In this document: positions 61,913 to 63,715 of the stretch, one piece after another
How positions within the stretch are numbered: the first letter of the stretch is position 1
Layout of the letters: every line of letters starts with the position of its first letter
Source of the DNA: Sphaerodactylus townsendi
Lineage: Eukaryota
DNA: 63,715 bases
Direction: 5' to 3'
NCBI RefSeq assembly: GCF_021028975.2
Contig: NC_059430.1
Coordinates: 4,030,001-4,093,715 of the forward strand
The notes under the pieces: generated by a model
What the model was told of the DNA's origin: nothing
Databases searched by the model: none
What the model saw: the letters and a program-made list of their open reading frames with translations, nothing else
Made by a program: the position numbers and the translations under genes

Positions 61913-62225
61913 CCGTTATAAGCAAATAACTGTATTACTGTGATTTTATTCAGAATATCTGGATGACATTCATTCCCAGCTGCCAAAGTGACAAAGACAT
62001 TAATTCTTCTCCTTGGTTTTTGATATATTTCATTCTTTAGAAAAAATATATACAGTACTCATTGCATTCTATTGGACGGTTCCTATGTGAACAAACCGTA
62101 GCCCACTAAGGTTCTCTTGGAATGGTTGCTGCCACCAAGGGGATCGAGAAGCCACCTCTTTCCCTTCCAGCAGGATGTGAGGGGGGGTTGCCCAGCCCCT
62201 GGAAATACCTGGCCCCAAAACGCTA

Positions 62226-62585
62226 CTCACCTCTGCACATAGTTTTCAAGTCAAGGTTGGGTTCCTTCATGCGCAGGGTCTTGGCTCCAGTTCATCCTGT
62301 TTGCAAGCCCTCAGAGCAGCTGAGCCGAGGGTTTTCAGGAGGGGAGTGTGGGGTAGCTCCAAGACATGGAGCCTGCAGTAGATCTGGAAAGCCGTTCTTT
62401 GGCTCTTATCATGAAATATCCCAAGTCTCGAGGCAGGTCTCTCTTGCAGCTGGAGGTTTGCGAGGCTGACCCTACCTGGAGGCAAGATTCTTTTCTTGGA
62501 GGGTGGAGGGGTTGCCTTGGGGATGTTCCCAGATCAGAACCCCTCTGGGAGTAATGCCTAATGGCTGGGAGCTCAGAGAACTGGT
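62226..62585 (-). promoter_or_regulatory. Putative promoter and 5' exon now upstream of OR8
   Basis: Close paralog of 51682-52045 with the same donor and O/E plus TAAT motifs. Confidence 0.58.
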
Positions 62586-62746
62586 GTCTCACTACATCTG
62601 GGGAGGAAAATATAATTTATCCTCAGAGGCCCGTCCAGAACTTGTAAACACGCGGGGGGCTGATCTAATAGTTTTGCCCTAAGCTTTACACCCCAATTGT
62701 TCTGCCATGGTCCATTACAGAGTTAAAATATTCCCCAAACATAAAT

Positions 62747-62918
62747 TAAGAACATAAGAACAAGCCAGCTGGATCAGACCAGAGTCCATCTAGTCCAGCA
62801 TTCTGCTACACGCAGTGGCCCACCAGGTGCCTTTGGGAGCTCACCTGCAGGAGGTGAAAGCAATGGCCTTCTGCTGCTGCTGTTGCTTCCGAGCACCTGG
62901 TCTTCTAAGGCATTTGCA
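62747..62918 (-). mobile_element. Young CR1 3' UTR fragment
   Basis: Tail and 3' UTR. Confidence 0.85.
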
Positions 62919-63183
62919 GGAGAGAACATGGTCATGTTCTCCAAGGTCCCTCAACACAAGATCTATCATCTTGGATTGCCAGTTACATGCAATACCACAT
63001 AACACCTTTATCCTTCCCACAATCTGCTCTGAAGACCCGATTTTACTAAATGACCGTATTCCAGAGATCACATGCCACGGTTGCTAAGTTTCTTCCTCTA
63101 GTTGTCAAAGACATAAAATAAACAGCAGATTATCGTGAATCTTTTAGCCCTTGTTTATGGTGTTTAATGTCAGTGCCAATAAC

Positions 63184-63480
63184 ATAAGATAAGATAACTT
63201 TAATATCATTGTGCACGCACAACGAAAATACAAACATCCCCTGATGCACATTTCTACAGTCCTCACACCCCGTCTTCCACAATCCCCTTCCAACCCTCCC
63301 TACACAACCACAGCCACGTCAGCGCGACACCATGAAGTTCAGCATAGCCACAGCTCTAGAACAGAAGCTGTCTCTGAGCCTAGTTGTCCTTGTTTTTATG
63401 ACCCTATATCGTCTGCCAGATGGTCATATTTCAAAAAAAGGGTATGCAGTGTGAGACGGGTCTTTCAGAATATTCCGAGC
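63184..63480 (-). mobile_element. Rex1/Babar-like LINE 3' fragment, diverged subfamily
   Basis: Homologous 3' end; (TTATC)n tail. Confidence 0.75.
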
Positions 63481-63650
63481 TAAGAATGAGTGATACACAT
63501 TTGGTTATATAGACCTACATCAAGGACTGCAGTCTCTAAACTCTGGTCATGGGCGAGGATCCAGTCTATACTCCAAGCTAAGCTCACTGCAAGACCATTC
63601 CTGAACCAACCATGGCATTCAAACCGACCAGGTGCCTCTTGTCCTGCACT

Positions 63651-63682
63651 GAAGAAGAAGAAGAAGAAGAAGAAGAAGAAGA
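63651..63682. repeat. (GAA)n microsatellite
   Basis: Seen directly. Confidence 0.9.
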
Positions 63683-63715
63683 GGTTAGTTAGCAGCCAGC
63701 TAGCTGAGGAGGAGG

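Overview
Vertebrate genomic DNA, most likely a squamate and probably a gecko (inferred from Squam3-like SINEs with (CTT)n tails and the CR1/L2/Penelope/Rex1/hAT repertoire). The window is a tandem cluster of eight paralogous class II (gamma-type) olfactory receptor (OR) genes, all on the minus strand and numbered OR1-OR8 by increasing coordinate. Six have intact single-exon CDSs; OR2 has lost its start codons and 3' end, and OR3 has lost its 5' end. Each repeat unit carries a splice acceptor just before the CDS, a transposon-rich intron, and a conserved ~350-bp block with a splice donor and clustered O/E(EBF)-like and homeodomain-like sites (putative 5' non-coding exon and promoter). The rest is mostly transposons, many with target-site duplications (TSDs), several confirmed by empty sites in paralogous units. 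There are five assembly gaps. I see no convincing wholly new biological system. The most notable observations are Penelope-borne hammerhead ribozymes in OR introns, three deletions that re-wire promoters and CDSs (including the remnant of a deleted ninth OR), a CAG|GTGAGT versus CAG|ATGAGT acceptor switch, a shared 3-residue ECL3 deletion, and SPIN/Rex1 horizontal-transfer candidates. Transposon family names come from recalled motifs, not database searches.
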